Assembly (NCBI RefSeq): GCF_009914755.1 | Contig: NC_060933.1 | DNA from: the human T2T-CHM13v2.0 reference genome, Homo sapiens | Reading direction: 5' to 3' (one strand) | Length of the DNA stretch: 64,000 bases | Part shown: positions 28,861-42,750 of the stretch, piece after piece | Position numbering within the stretch: the first letter of the stretch is position 1 | Layout of the letters: the number at the start of each line of letters is the position of its first letter | Notes under the pieces: model-generated | Databases searched by the model: none | Told to the model about the DNA's origin: nothing | What the model saw: only the letters and a program-made list of their open reading frames with translations | Translations under genes and position numbers: made by a program

Positions 28861-31800
28861 TCAACCCGAGTGCAGGGGAATGGAATGGAATGGAATGCAA
28901 TGGAATGGAATCATCCGGAATGGAATGGAATGGAATGGAATGGAATCAACCCGAGTGCAGGGGAATGGAATGGAATGGAATGCAATGGAATGGAATCATC
29001 CGGAATGGAATTGAATGGAATGGAATGGAATGGAATGGAATGGAATGGAATCAACCCGAGTGCAATGGAATGGAGTGAAATGGAATGGAATGGACTGGAG
29101 ACAACAAGAATGGATTGGAATATAATGGAGTGTAAGGGAATTGAATAGAATCAATCTGAATGTAATGAAATGGAATGGAATGGAATGGAATGGAATGGAA
29201 TGGAATGGAATGGAATGCAATGGAATGGAATCAACCCGAGTGCAATCGAATGGAATCGAATGGAATGGAATGCAATGGAATGGATTCAACTTGAATGGAA
29301 TGGAAAGAATGGAATCAACACGAGTGGAATGGCATGGATTGGAATGGAATGGAATGGAATCAACCCGAGTACAGGGGAATGGAATGGAATGGAATGCAAT
29401 GGAATGGAATCATCCGTATTGGAATGGAAAGGAATGGAATGGAATGGAATGGAATGGAATGGAATCAACTCGATTGCAATCGAATTGAATGGAATGGAAT
29501 TAACCCGAATAGAATGGAATGGAATGGAATGGAACGGAACGGAATGGAATGGAATGGAACGGAATGGAATGGAACGGAACGGAACGGAACGGAATGGAAT
29601 GGAATGGAATGGAATGGAATGGAATGGAATCAACGCGAGTGCAGGGGATTGGAATGGAATGGAATGCAATGGAATCGAATCTTTCGGAATGGAATGGAAT
29701 GGAATGGAATGGAATGAAATGCAATGGATTCAACTCGATTGCAATGGAATGGAATAGAATGGAATGGCATGGAATGGAATGGAATCTACGCGAGTGCAGG
29801 GGAATGGAATGGAATGGAATGCAATGGAATGGAATCTTCCGGAATGGAATGGAATGGAATGGAATGGAATGGAATGGAATCAACCCGAGTGCAATGGAAT
29901 GGAGTGGAATGGAATGGAATGGAATGGAACAACCCGAATGGAATGGAATGTAATGGAGAGCAAGGGAGTTGAATAGAATCAATCCGAATGTAATGGAATG
30001 GAACGGAATGGAATTTAATGGAATGGAATGGAATGCACTGGAATGGAATCAACCCGAGTGCAATGGAATGGAGAGGAATGGAATGGAATGGAATGGAAAC
30101 TACCCGAATGGAATGGAATGTAATGGAGTGTAAGGGAATTGAATAGAATCAATCCGAATGTAATGGAATGGAATGGAATGGAATGGAATGGAATGGAATC
30201 AACCCGAGTGCAATCGAATGGAATCGAATGGAATGGAATGCAATGGAATGGATTCAACTTGAATGGAATGGAAAGAATGGAATCAACACGAGTGGAATGG
30301 CATGGATTGGAATGGAATGGAATGGAATCAACCCGAGTACAGGGGAATGGAATGGAATGGAATACAATGGAATGGAATCATCCGTAATGGAATGGAAAGG
30401 AATGGAATGGAATGGAATGGAATGGAATGGAATGGAATGGAATGGAATCAACACGACTGCAATCGAATGGAATGGAATGGAATTCACCCGAAGAGACTGG
30501 AATGGAATGGAATGGAACGGAACGGAATGGAATGGAATGGAATGGAATGGAACGGAAAGGAATGGAATGGAGTGGAATGGAATGGAATGGAATGGAATGG
30601 AATGGAATCAACCCGAGTGCAGGGGAATGGAATGGAATGGAATGCAATGGAATGGAATCTTCCGGAATGGAATGGAATGGAATGGAATGGAATGAAATGC
30701 AATGGATTCAACTCGATTGCAATGGAATGGAATAGGATGGAATGGAATGGAATGGAATGGAATTAACCAGAATAGAATGGAATGGAATGGAATGGAACGG
30801 AATGGAACGGAATGGAATGGAATGGAATGTAATGGAATGGAATGGAATGGTATGGAATGGAATGGAATGGTACGGAATAGAATGGAATGGAACGAATTGT
30901 AATGGAATGGAATTGAATGGAATGGAATGGAATCAACGCGAGTGCAGGGGAGTGTAATGGAACGGAATGCAATGGAATGGAATCATCCGGAATGGAATGG
31001 AATGGAATGGAATGGAATGGAATAAACCCGAGTGCAATGGAATGGAGTGGAATGGAATAGAATGGAATGGAACAACCCGAATGGAATGGAATGTAATGGA
31101 GAGTAAGGGAGTTGAATAGAATCAATCAGAATGTAAAGGAATGGAATGCAACGGAATGGAATGGAATGGAATGGAATGGAATGGAAACGAATGGAATCAA
31201 CCCGAGTGGAATGGCATGGAATGGAATGCAATGGAATGGAATAGAATGGAATCAACTCGAGTGGAAAGGAATGGAATGGAATGGAAAGGAATGGAATGAA
31301 GTCAACTCGAGTGGAATGGAATGGAATGGATTGGAATGGATTGCAATGGAATGAAATGGAATGGAATGGAATGGAATCAATCATTCCGAGTGGAATGGAA
31401 GGGAAAGTAATGGAGTGGAAAGAAGGGAATGGAATCAACCTGATTGGAATGCAAGGCAATGGAATGGAATGGAATTGAAAGGAATGGAATGGAATCAACT
31501 CGATTGCAATGGAATGGAATGGAATGGAATGGAATGGAATGGAATGGAATTAACCAGAATAGAATGGAATGCAATGGAATGGAACGGAATGGAATGGAAT
31601 GGAAGGGAATGGAATCAACACGAGTGCAGGGGAATGGAATGGAATGGAATGCAATGGAATGGAATCATCCGGAATGGAATGGAATGGAATGGAATCAACT
31701 CCATTGCAATGGAATGGAATGGAATGGAATGGAATAGAATGGAATGGAATTAACCCGAATAGAATGGAATGCAATAGAATGGAATGGTACGGAACCGAAT

Positions 31801-34800
31801 GGAGTGGAATGGAATGGAATGGAATCAACCTGAGTGCAGGGGAATGGAATGGAATGGAATGCAATGGAATGGAATCATCCGGAATGGAATGGAATGGAAT
31901 GGAATCAAACCGAGTGCAATGGAATGGAGTGAAATGGAATGGAATGGAATGGAAACAACCAGAATTGATTGGAATATAATGGAGTGTAAGGGAATTGAAT
32001 AGAATCAATCTGAATGTAATGAAATGGAATGGAACGGAATGGAATGGAATGGAATGGAATGGAATGGAATGGAATCAACCCGAGTGCAATGGAATGGATT
32101 CGAATGGAATGGAATGGAGTGGAATGGATTCAACCCGAATGGAATGGAAAGGAATGGAATCAACCCGAGTGGAATGGCATGGAATGGAATGCAATGGAAT
32201 GGAATGGAATCAAGTCGATTGCAATGGAATGGAATGGAATGGAATGGAAAGGATTGGAAAGGAATGGAATGGAATAGAATGGAATGGAATTAAATGGAAT
32301 GGAATGGAATGGAATCAACCCGATTGCAGGGGAATGGAATGGAATGGAATGCAATGGAATGGAATGGAATGGAATGGAATCAACCCGAGTGGAATGGCAT
32401 GGAATGGAATGCAATGGAATGGAATGGAATGGAATCAACTCGAGTGGAAAGGAATGGAATGGAATGGAAAGGAATGGAATGAAATCAACTCGAGTGGAAT
32501 GCAATGGAATGGAATGGATCGGAATGGATTGCAATGGAATGAAATGGAATGGAATGGAATGGAATCAATCATTCCGAGTGGAATGGAAGGGAATGTAATG
32601 GAGTGGAAAGAAGGGAATCGAATCAACCCGAGTGGAATGCAAGGCAATGGAATGGAATGGAACGGAATGGAACGGAATCAACTCGATTGCAATGGAATGG
32701 AATGGAATGGAATGGAATGGAATGGAAAGGAATGGAAGGGAATGAAATGGAATGGAATGGAATGAAATGGAATGGAATGGAATGCAATGGAATGGAATCA
32801 ACCAGAGTGCAATCGAATGGAATCGAATGGAATGGAATGCAATGGAATGGATTCAACTTGAATGGAATGGAAAGAATGGAATCAACACGAGTGGAATGGC
32901 ATGGATTGGAATGGAATGGAATGGAATCAACCCGAGTACAGGGGAATGGATTGGAATGGAATGCAATGGAATGTAATCATCCGTAATGGAATGGAATGGA
33001 ATGGAATGGAATCAACTCGATTGCAATCGAATGAAATGGAATGGAATTAACCCGAATAGAATGGAATGGAATGGAATGGAACGGAACGGAATGCAATGGA
33101 ATGGAATGGAATGGAACGGAAAGGAATGGAATGGAATGGAATGGAATGCAATGGAATGGAATGGAATCAACGCGAGTGCAGGGGAATCGAATGGAATCGA
33201 ATGGAATGGAATGGAATGGAATGGAATCAACCCGAGTGCAGGGGAATGTAATGGATCGGAATGCAATGGAATGGAATCATCCGGAATGGAATGGAATGGA
33301 ATGGAATGGAATGGAATCAACCCGAGTGTAATGGAATGGAGTGGAATGGAATGGAATGGAATGGAACAACCCGAATGGAATGGAATGTAATGGAGAGTAA
33401 GGGAGTTGAAAAGAATCAATCCGAATGTAATGGAATGGAATGGAAAGGAATGGAATGGAATGGAATGGAATGGAATGGAATGCAATGGAATGGAATCAAC
33501 CCGAGTACAATGGAATGGAATGGAATGGAATGGAATGGAATGGAATGGAATGGAATGGAATGGAATGGAATGATACGGAATAGAAAGGAATGGAACGAAA
33601 TGGAATGGAAGGGAATGGAATGGAATGAAATGGAATGGAATGGAATGGAATGGAATCGTTCCGAGTGGAATAGGAGGGAATGTATTCGAGTGGAATGGAA
33701 AGGAATGGAATCAACCAGAGTGGAATGGAAGGGAATGGAATGGAATGGAAACTAATAGAATGGAATCAACCCGAGTGGAATGGAATGGAAAGGACTGGAA
33801 TGGAATGGAATGGAATGGAATCAACACGATTGTAATGGAATGGAATGGAATGGAATGGAATGGAATGGAATGAACCCGAATACAATGGAATGGAATGGAA
33901 TGGAACGGAATCGAGTGGAATGGAATGGAATCAACCCGAGTGCAGGGGATTGGAATGGAATGGAATGCAATGGAATGGAATCATCCGGAATGGAATGGAA
34001 TGGAATGGAATGGAATCAACCCGAGTGCAGGGGAATGGAATGGAATGGAATGCAATGGAATGGAATCATCCGGAATGGAATTGAATGGAATGGAATGGAA
34101 TGGAATGGAATGGAATGGAATCAACCCGAGTGCAATGGAATGGAGTGAAATGGAATGGAATGGACTGGAGACAACAAGAATGGATTGGAATATAATGGAG
34201 TGTAAGGGAATTGAATAGAATCAATCTGAATGTAATGAAATGGAATGGAATGGAATGGAATGGAATGGAATGGAATGGAATGGAATGCAATGGAATGGAA
34301 TCAACCCGAGTGCAATCGAATGGAATCGAATGGAATGGAATGCAATGGAATGGATTCAACTTGAATGGAATGGAAAGAATGGAATCAACACGAGTGTAAT
34401 GGCATGGATTGGAATGGAATGGAATGGAATCAACCCGAGTACAGGGGAATGGAATGGAATGGAATGCAATGGAATGGAATCATCCGTATTGGAATGGAAA
34501 GGAATGGAATGGAATGGAATGGAATGGAATGGAATCAACTCGATTGCAATCGAATTGAATGGAATGGAATTAACCCGAATAGAATGGAATGGAATGGAAT
34601 GGAACGGAACGGAATGGAATGGAATGGAACGGAATGGAATGGAACGGAACGGAACGGAACGGAATGGAATGGAATGGAATGGAATGGAATCAACGCGAGT
34701 GCAGGGGATTGGAATGAAATGGAATGCAATGGAATCGAATCTTTCGGAATGGAATGGAATGGAATGGAATGGAATGAAATGCAATGGATTCAACTCGATT

Positions 34801-37800
34801 GCAATGGAATGGAATAGAATGGAATGGCATGGAATGGAATGGAATCTACGCGAGTGCAGGGGAATGGAATGGAATGGAATGCAATGGAATGGAATCTTCC
34901 GGAATGGAATGGAATGGAATGGAATGGAATGGAATGGAATCAACCCGAGTGCAATGGAATGGAGTGGAATGGAATGGAATGGAATGGAACAACCCGAATG
35001 GAATGGAATGTAATGGAGAGCAAGGGAGTTGAATAGAATCAATCCGAATGTAATGGAATGGAAAGGAATGGAATTTAATGGAATGGAATGGAATGCAATG
35101 GAATGGAATCAACCCGAGTGCAATGGAATGGAGAGGAATGGAATGGAATGGAATGGAAACTACCCGAATGGAATGGAATGTAATGGAGTGTAAGGGAATT
35201 GAATAGAATCAATCCGAATGTAATGGAATGGAATGGAATGGAATGGAATGGAATGGAATCAACCCGAGTGCAATCGAATGGAATCGAATGGAATGGAATG
35301 CAATGGAATGGATTCAACTTGAATGGAATGGAAAGAATGGAATCAACACGAGTGGAATGGCATGGATTGGAATGGAATGGAATGGAATCAACCCGAGTAC
35401 AGGGGAATGGAATGGAATGGAATGCAATGGAATGGAATCATCCGTAATGGAATGGAAAGGAATGGAATGGAATGGAATGGAATGGAATGGAATGGAATCA
35501 ACACGACTGCAATCGAATGGAATGGAATGGAATTCACCCGAAGAGACTGGAATGGAATGGAATGGAACGGAACGGAATGGAACGGAATGGAATGGAATGG
35601 AATGGAATGGAATGGAATGGAATGGAATGGAATGGAATGGAATCAACCCGGGTGCAGGGGAATGGAATGGAATGGAATGCAATGGAATGGAATCTTCCGG
35701 AATGGAATGGAATGGAATGGAATGGAATGAAATGCAATGGATTCAACTCGATTGCAATGGAATGGAATAGAATGGAATGGAATGGAATGGAATGGAATTA
35801 ACCCGAATAGAATGGAATGGAATGGAATGGAACGGAATGGAACGGAATGGAATGGAATGGAATGTAATGGAATGGAATGGAATGGTATGGAATGGAATGG
35901 AATGGTACGGAATAGAATGGAATGGAACGAATTGTAATGGAATGGAATTGAATGGAATGGAATGGAATGGAATGGAATCAACGCGAGTGCAGGGGAGTGT
36001 AATGGAACGGAATGCAATGGAATGGAATCATCCGGAATGGAATGGAATGGAATGGAATGGAATGGAATAAACCCGAGTGCAATGGAATGGAGTGGAATGG
36101 AATAGAATGGAATGGAACAACCCGAATGGAATGGAATGTAATGGAGAGTAAGGGAGTTGAATAGAATCAATCAGAATGTAAAGGAATGGAATGCAACGGA
36201 ATGGAATGGAATGGAATGGAATGGAATGGAAACGAATGGAATCAACCCGAGTGGAATGGCATGGAATGGAATGCAATGGAATGGAATAGAATGGAATCAA
36301 CTCGAGTGGAAAGGAATGGAATGGAATGGAAAGGAATGGAATGAAGTCAACTCGAGTGGAATGGAATGGAATGGATTGGAATGGATTGCAATGGAATGAA
36401 ATGGAATGGAATGGAATGGAATCAATCATTCCGAGTGGAATGGAAGGGAAAGTAATGGAGTGGAAAGAAGGGAATGGAATCAACCTGATTGGAATGCAAG
36501 GCAATGGAATGGAATGGAATTGAAAGGAATGGAATGGAATCAACTCGATTGCAATGGAATGGAATGGAATGGAATGGAATGGAATGGAATGGAATTAACC
36601 AGAATAGAATGGAATGCAATGGAATGGAACGGAATGGAATGGAATGGAAGGGAATGGAATCAACACGAGTGCAGGGGAATGGAATGGAATGGAATGCAAT
36701 GGAATGGAATCATCCGGAATGGAATGGAATGGAATGGAATCAACTCCATTGCAATGGAATGGAATGGAATGGAATGGAATAGAATGGAATGGAATTAACC
36801 CGAATAGAATGGAATGCAATAGAATGGAATGGAACGGAACCGAATGGAGTGGAATGGAATGGAATGGAATCAACCTGAGTGCAGGGGAATGGAATGGAAT
36901 GGAATGCAATGGAATGGAATCATCCGGAATGGAATGGAATGGAATGGAATCAAACCGAGTGCAATGGAATGGAGTGAAATGGAATGGAATGGAATGGAAA
37001 CAACCAGAATTGATTGGAATATAATGGAGTGTAAGGGAATTGAATAGAATCAATCTGAATGTAATGAAATGGAATGGAACGGAATGGAATGGAATGGAAT
37101 GGAATGGAATGGAATGGAATCAACCCGAGTGCAATGGAATGGATTCGAATGGAATGGAATGGAGTGGAATGGATTCAACCCGAATGGAATGGAAAGGAAT
37201 GGAATCAACCCGAGTGGAATGGCATGGAATGGAATGGAATGGAATGGAATGGAATCAAGTCGATTGCAATGGAATGGAATGGAACGGAATGGAAAGGATT
37301 GGAAAGGAATGGAATGGAATAGAATGGAATGGAATTAAATGGAATGGAATGGAATGGAATCAACCCGAGTGCAGGGGAATGGAATGGAATGGAATGCAAT
37401 GGAATGGAATGGAATGGAATGGAATCAACCCGAGTGGAATGGCATGGAATGGAATGCAATGGAATGGAATGGAATGGAATCAACTCGAGTGGAAAGGAAT
37501 GGAATGGAATGGAAAGGAATGGAATGAAATCAACTCGAGTGGAATGCAATGGAATGGAATGGATCGGAATGGATTGCAATGGAATGAAATGGAATGGAAT
37601 GGAATGGAATCAATCATTCCGAGTGGAATGGAAGGGAATGTAATGGAGTGGAAAGAAGGGAATCGAATCAACCCGAGTGCAATGCAAGGCAATGGAATGG
37701 AATGGAACGGAATGGAACGGAATCAACTCGATTGCAATGGAATGGAATGGAATGGAATGGAATGGAATGGAAAGGAATGGAAGGGAATGAAATGGAATGG

Positions 37801-37995
37801 AATGGAATGAAATGGAATGGAATGGAATGCAATGGAATGGAATCAACCAGAGTGCAATCGAATGGAATCGAATGGAATGGAATGCAATGGAATGGATTCA
37901 ACTTGAATGGAATGGAAAGAATGGAATCAACACGAGTGGAATGGCATGGATTGGAATGGAATGGAATGGAATCAACCCGAGTACAGGGGAATGGA
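28861..37995 (+). repeat. Near-identical direct duplication of ~4.1 kb: 28861-~32950 and 33931-~37995 (offset 5070 falling to 5045 bp)
   Basis: Private variants in both copies: tggactggagacaacaaga 29091/34161, ctttcggaat 29681/34741, gagagcaagggag ~29956/~35016, aattcacccgaagagactgg 30481/35531, gaagtcaactcgag ~31298/~36343. ORF-track translations are identical at 28996/34066 and at 30983/36028. Confidence 0.93.
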
Positions 37996-38699
37996 ATGGA
38001 ATGGAATGCAATGGAATGGAATCATCTGTAATGGAATGGAAAGGAATGGAATGGAATGGAATGGAATGCAATGGAATGGAATGGAATGGAATCAACTCGA
38101 TTGCAATCGAATGGAATGGAAAGGAATTAACCCGAATAGAATGGAATGGAATGGAATGGAACGGAACGGAACGGAACGGAATGGAATGGAATGGAATGGA
38201 ATGGAATGGAATGGAACGGAAAGGAATGGAATGGAATGGAATGGAATGGAATGGAATGGAATGGAATCAACGCGAATGCATTGGAATGGAATGTAATGGA
38301 ATGCAATGGAATGGAATCTTCCGGAATGGAATGGAATGGAATGGAATAAACCCGAGTGCAATGGAATGGAGTGGAATGCAATGGAATGGAATGGAACAAC
38401 CCGAATGGAATCGAATGTAATGGAGAGTAAGGGAGTTGAATAGAATCAATCCGAATGTAATGGAATGGAATGGAACGGAATGGAATGGAATGGAATGGAA
38501 AGGAACGGAAAGGAATGGAATGGAATGGAATGGAATGGAATGGAATGGAATCAACGCGAGTGCAGAGGAATGGAATGGAATGGAATGCAATGGAATGGAA
38601 ACTTCCGGAATGGAATGGAATGGAATGGAATGGAATGAAATGCAATGGATTCAACACGATTGCAATGGAATGGAATAGAATGGAATGGAATGGAATGGA

Positions 38700-41600
38700 A
38701 TGGAATTAACCCGAATAGAATGGAATGGAATGGAATGGAACGGAATGGAACGGAATGGAATGGAATGGAATGGAATGGAATGGAATGGTATGGAATGGAA
38801 TGGAATGGTACGGAATAGAATGGAATGGAACGAATTGTAATGGAATAGAATTGAATGGAATGGAATGGAATGGAATGGAATCAACGCGAGTGCAGGGGAA
38901 TGTAATCGAACGGAATGCAATGGAATGGAATCATCCGGAATGGAATGGAATGGAATGGAATAAACCCGAGTGCAATGGAATGGAGTGGAATGGAATGGAA
39001 TGGAATGGAACAACCCGAATGGAATGGAATGTAATGGAGAGTAAGGGAGTTGAATAGAATCAATCAGAATGTAATGGAATGGAATGCAACGGAATGGAAT
39101 GGAATGGAATGGAATGGAATGGAATGGAATGGAAAGGAATGGAATCAACCCGAGTGGAATGGCATGGAATGGAATGCAATGGAATGGAATAGAATGGAAT
39201 CAACTCGAGTGGAAAGGAATGGAATGGAATGGAAAGGAATGGAATGAAATCAACTCGAGTGGAATGGAATGGAATGGAATGGATTGGAATGGATTGCAAT
39301 GGAATGAAATGGAATGGAATGGAATGGAATCAATCATTCCGAGTGGAATGGAAGGGAATGTAATGGAGTGGAAAGAAGGGAATGGAATCAACCCGATTGG
39401 AATGCAAGGCAATGGAATGGAATGGAAAGGAATGGAATGGAATCAACTCGATTGCAATGGAATGGAATGGAATGGAATGGAATGGAATGGAATGGAATGG
39501 AATTAACCGGAATAGAATGGAATGCAATGGAATGGAACGGAATGGAATGGAATGGAAGGGAATGGAATCAACACGAGTGCAGGGGAATGGAATGGAATGG
39601 AATGCAATGGAATGGAATCATCCGGAATGGAATGGAATGGAATGGAATCAACTCCATTGCAATGGAATGGAATGGAATGGAATGGAATAGAATGGAATGG
39701 AATTAACCCGAATAGAATGGAATGCAATAGAATGGAATGGAACAGAACCGAATGGAGTGGAATGGAATGGAATGGAATCAACCTGAGTGCAGGGGAATGG
39801 AATGGAATGGAATGCAATGGAATGGAGTCAACCGGAATGGAATGGAATGGAATCGAATGGAATCAAACCGAGTGCAATGGAATGGAGTGAAATGGAATGG
39901 AATGGAATGGAAACAACCAGAATGGATTGGAATATAATGGAGTGTAAGGGAATTGCATAGAATCAATCTGAATGTAATGAAATGGAATGGAACGGAATGG
40001 AATGGAATGGAATAGAATCGAATGGAATGGAATGGAATTGAATCAACCGGAGTGAAATGGAATGGATTCGAATGGAATGGAATAGAGTGGAATGGATTCA
40101 ACCCGAATGGAGTGGAAAGGAATGGAATCAACCCGAGTGGAATGGCATGGAATGGAATGGAATGGAATGCAATGGAATGGAATGGTTAAGAATAGAATGG
40201 ATTGGAACAAAATGGAATGGAATGGAATGGAATGGAATGGAATGGAATGGAATGGAATCAAGACGATTGCAATGGAATGGAATGGAATGGAACGGATTGG
40301 AATGGAATGGAATGGAATGGAATGGAATGGAATTAAATGGAATGGAATGGAATGGAATCAACCCGATTTCACGGGAATGGAATGGAATGGAATGCAATGG
40401 AATGGAATGGAATGGAATGGAATCAACCCGAGTGGAATGGCATGGAATGGAATGCAATGGAATGGAATGGAATGGAATCAACTCCAGTGGAAAGGAATGG
40501 AATGGAATGGAAAGGAATGGAAGGAAATCAACTCGAATGGAATGGAATGGAATGGAATGGATTGGAATGGATAGCAATGGAATGAAATGGAATGGAATGG
40601 AATGGAATCAATCATTCAGTGTGGAATGGAAGGGAATATAATGGAGTAGAAAGAAGGGAATGGAATCAACCCGAGTGGAATGCAAGGCAATGGAATGGAA
40701 TGGAAAGGAATGGAAAGGAATCAACTCGATTGCAATGGAATGGAATGGAATGGAATGGAATGGAATGGAAAGGAATGGAATGGAATGAAATGGAATGGAA
40801 TGGAATGAAATGGAATGGAATGGAATGCAATGGAATGGAATCAACCAGAGTGCAATCGAATGGAATCGAATGGAATGGAATGCAATGGAATGGATTCAAC
40901 TTGAATGGAATGGAAAGAATGGAATCAACACGAGTGGAATGGCATGGATTGGAATGGAATGGAATGGAATCAACCCGAGTACAGGGGAATGGAATGGAAT
41001 CGAATGCAATGGAATGGAATCATCCGTAATGGAATGGAAAGGAATGGAATGGAATGGAATGGAATGGAATGGAATGGAATGGAATCAACTCGATTGCAAT
41101 CGAATGGAATGGAATGGAATTAACCCGAATAGAATGGAATGGAATGGAATGGAACGGAACGGAACGGAATGGAATGGAATGGAATGGAATGGAATGGAAC
41201 GGAAAGGAATGGAATGGAATGGAATGGAATGGAATGGAATCAACGCGAGTGCAGGGGAATGGAATGTAATGGAATGCAATGGAATGGAATCTTCCGGAAT
41301 GGAATGGAATGGAATGGAATAAACCCGAGTGCAATGGAATGGAGTGGAATGGAATGGAATGGAATGGAACAACCCGAATGGAATCGAATGTAATGGAGAG
41401 TAAGGGAGTTGAATAGAATCAATCCGAATGTAATGGAATGGAATGGAACGGAATGGAATGGAATGGAATGGAATGGAATGCAATGGAATGGAATCAACCC
41501 GAGTACAATGGAATTCAATGGAATGGAAAGGAATGGAATGGAATGGAATGGAATGGAATGGAATGGAATGGAATCAACCCGAGTGCAATGGAATAGAGAG

Positions 41601-42750
41601 GAATGGAATGGAATGGAATGGAAACTACCCGAATGGAATGGAATGTAATGAAGTGTTAGGGAATTGAATAGAATCCATCCGAATGGAATGGAATGTAATG
41701 GAACGGAATGTAATGTAATGGAATGGAATGGAATCAACCCGAGTGCAGGGGAATAGAATGGAATGGAATGCAATGGAATGGAATCATACGGAATGGAATG
41801 GAATGGAATGGAATGGAATCAACCCGAGTGCAATGGAATGGAGTGAAATGGAATGGAATGGAATAGAAACAACCAGAATGGATTGGAATATAACGGAGTG
41901 TAAGGGAATTGAATAGAATCAATCTGAATGTAATGAAATGCAATGGAACGGAATGGAATGTAATGGAATGGAATGGAATGGAATGCAATGTAACGGAATC
42001 AACCCGAGTGCAATCGAATGTAATCGAATGAAATGGAATGCAATGGAATGGATTCAACTTGAATGGAAAGTAAAGAATGGAATCAACGCGAGTGGAATGG
42101 CATGGATTGGAATGGAATGGAATGGAATCAACCCGAGTACAGGGGAATGGAATGGAATGGAATGCAATGGAATGTAATCATCCGTAATGGAATGGAAAGG
42201 AATGGAATGGAATGGAATGGAATGGAATGGAATCAACTCGATTGCAATGGAATGGAATGGAATGGAATTAACCCGAATAGAATGGAATGGAATGAAATGG
42301 AACGGAACGGAATGGAATGGAATGGAATGGAATGGAACGGAAAGGAATGGAATGGAATGGAATGGAATGGAATGGAATGGAATGGAACGGAATGGAATCA
42401 ACGCGAGTGCAGGGGAATCGAATGGAATCGAATGGAATGGAATGGAATGGAATGGAATCAACCCGAGTGCAGGGGAATGTAATGGATCGGAATGCAATGG
42501 AATGGAATCATCCGGAATGGAATGGAATGGAATGGAATGGAATGGAATCAACCCGAGTGCAATGGAATGGAGTGGAATGGAATGGAATGGAATGGAACAA
42601 CCCGAATGGAATGGAATGTAATGGAGAGTAAGGGAGTTGAAAAGAATCAATCCGAATGTAATGGAATGGAATGGAAAGGAATGGAATGGAATGGAATGGA
42701 ATGGAATGGAATGGAATGGAATGCAATGGAATGGAATCAACCCGAGTACA
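38700..42750 (+). repeat. Diverged long-range copy of ~16.3-20.2 kb (offset ~22.5 kb)
   Basis: Same landmark order and shared variants: tcaatcagaatgt ~16657/~39060, tcaactccat 17225/39648, cgaatggaatcgaatgtaat ~18811/~41376, gttagggaattg ~19101/~41655, gaaagtaaagaat ~19517/~42066. Confidence 0.7.
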
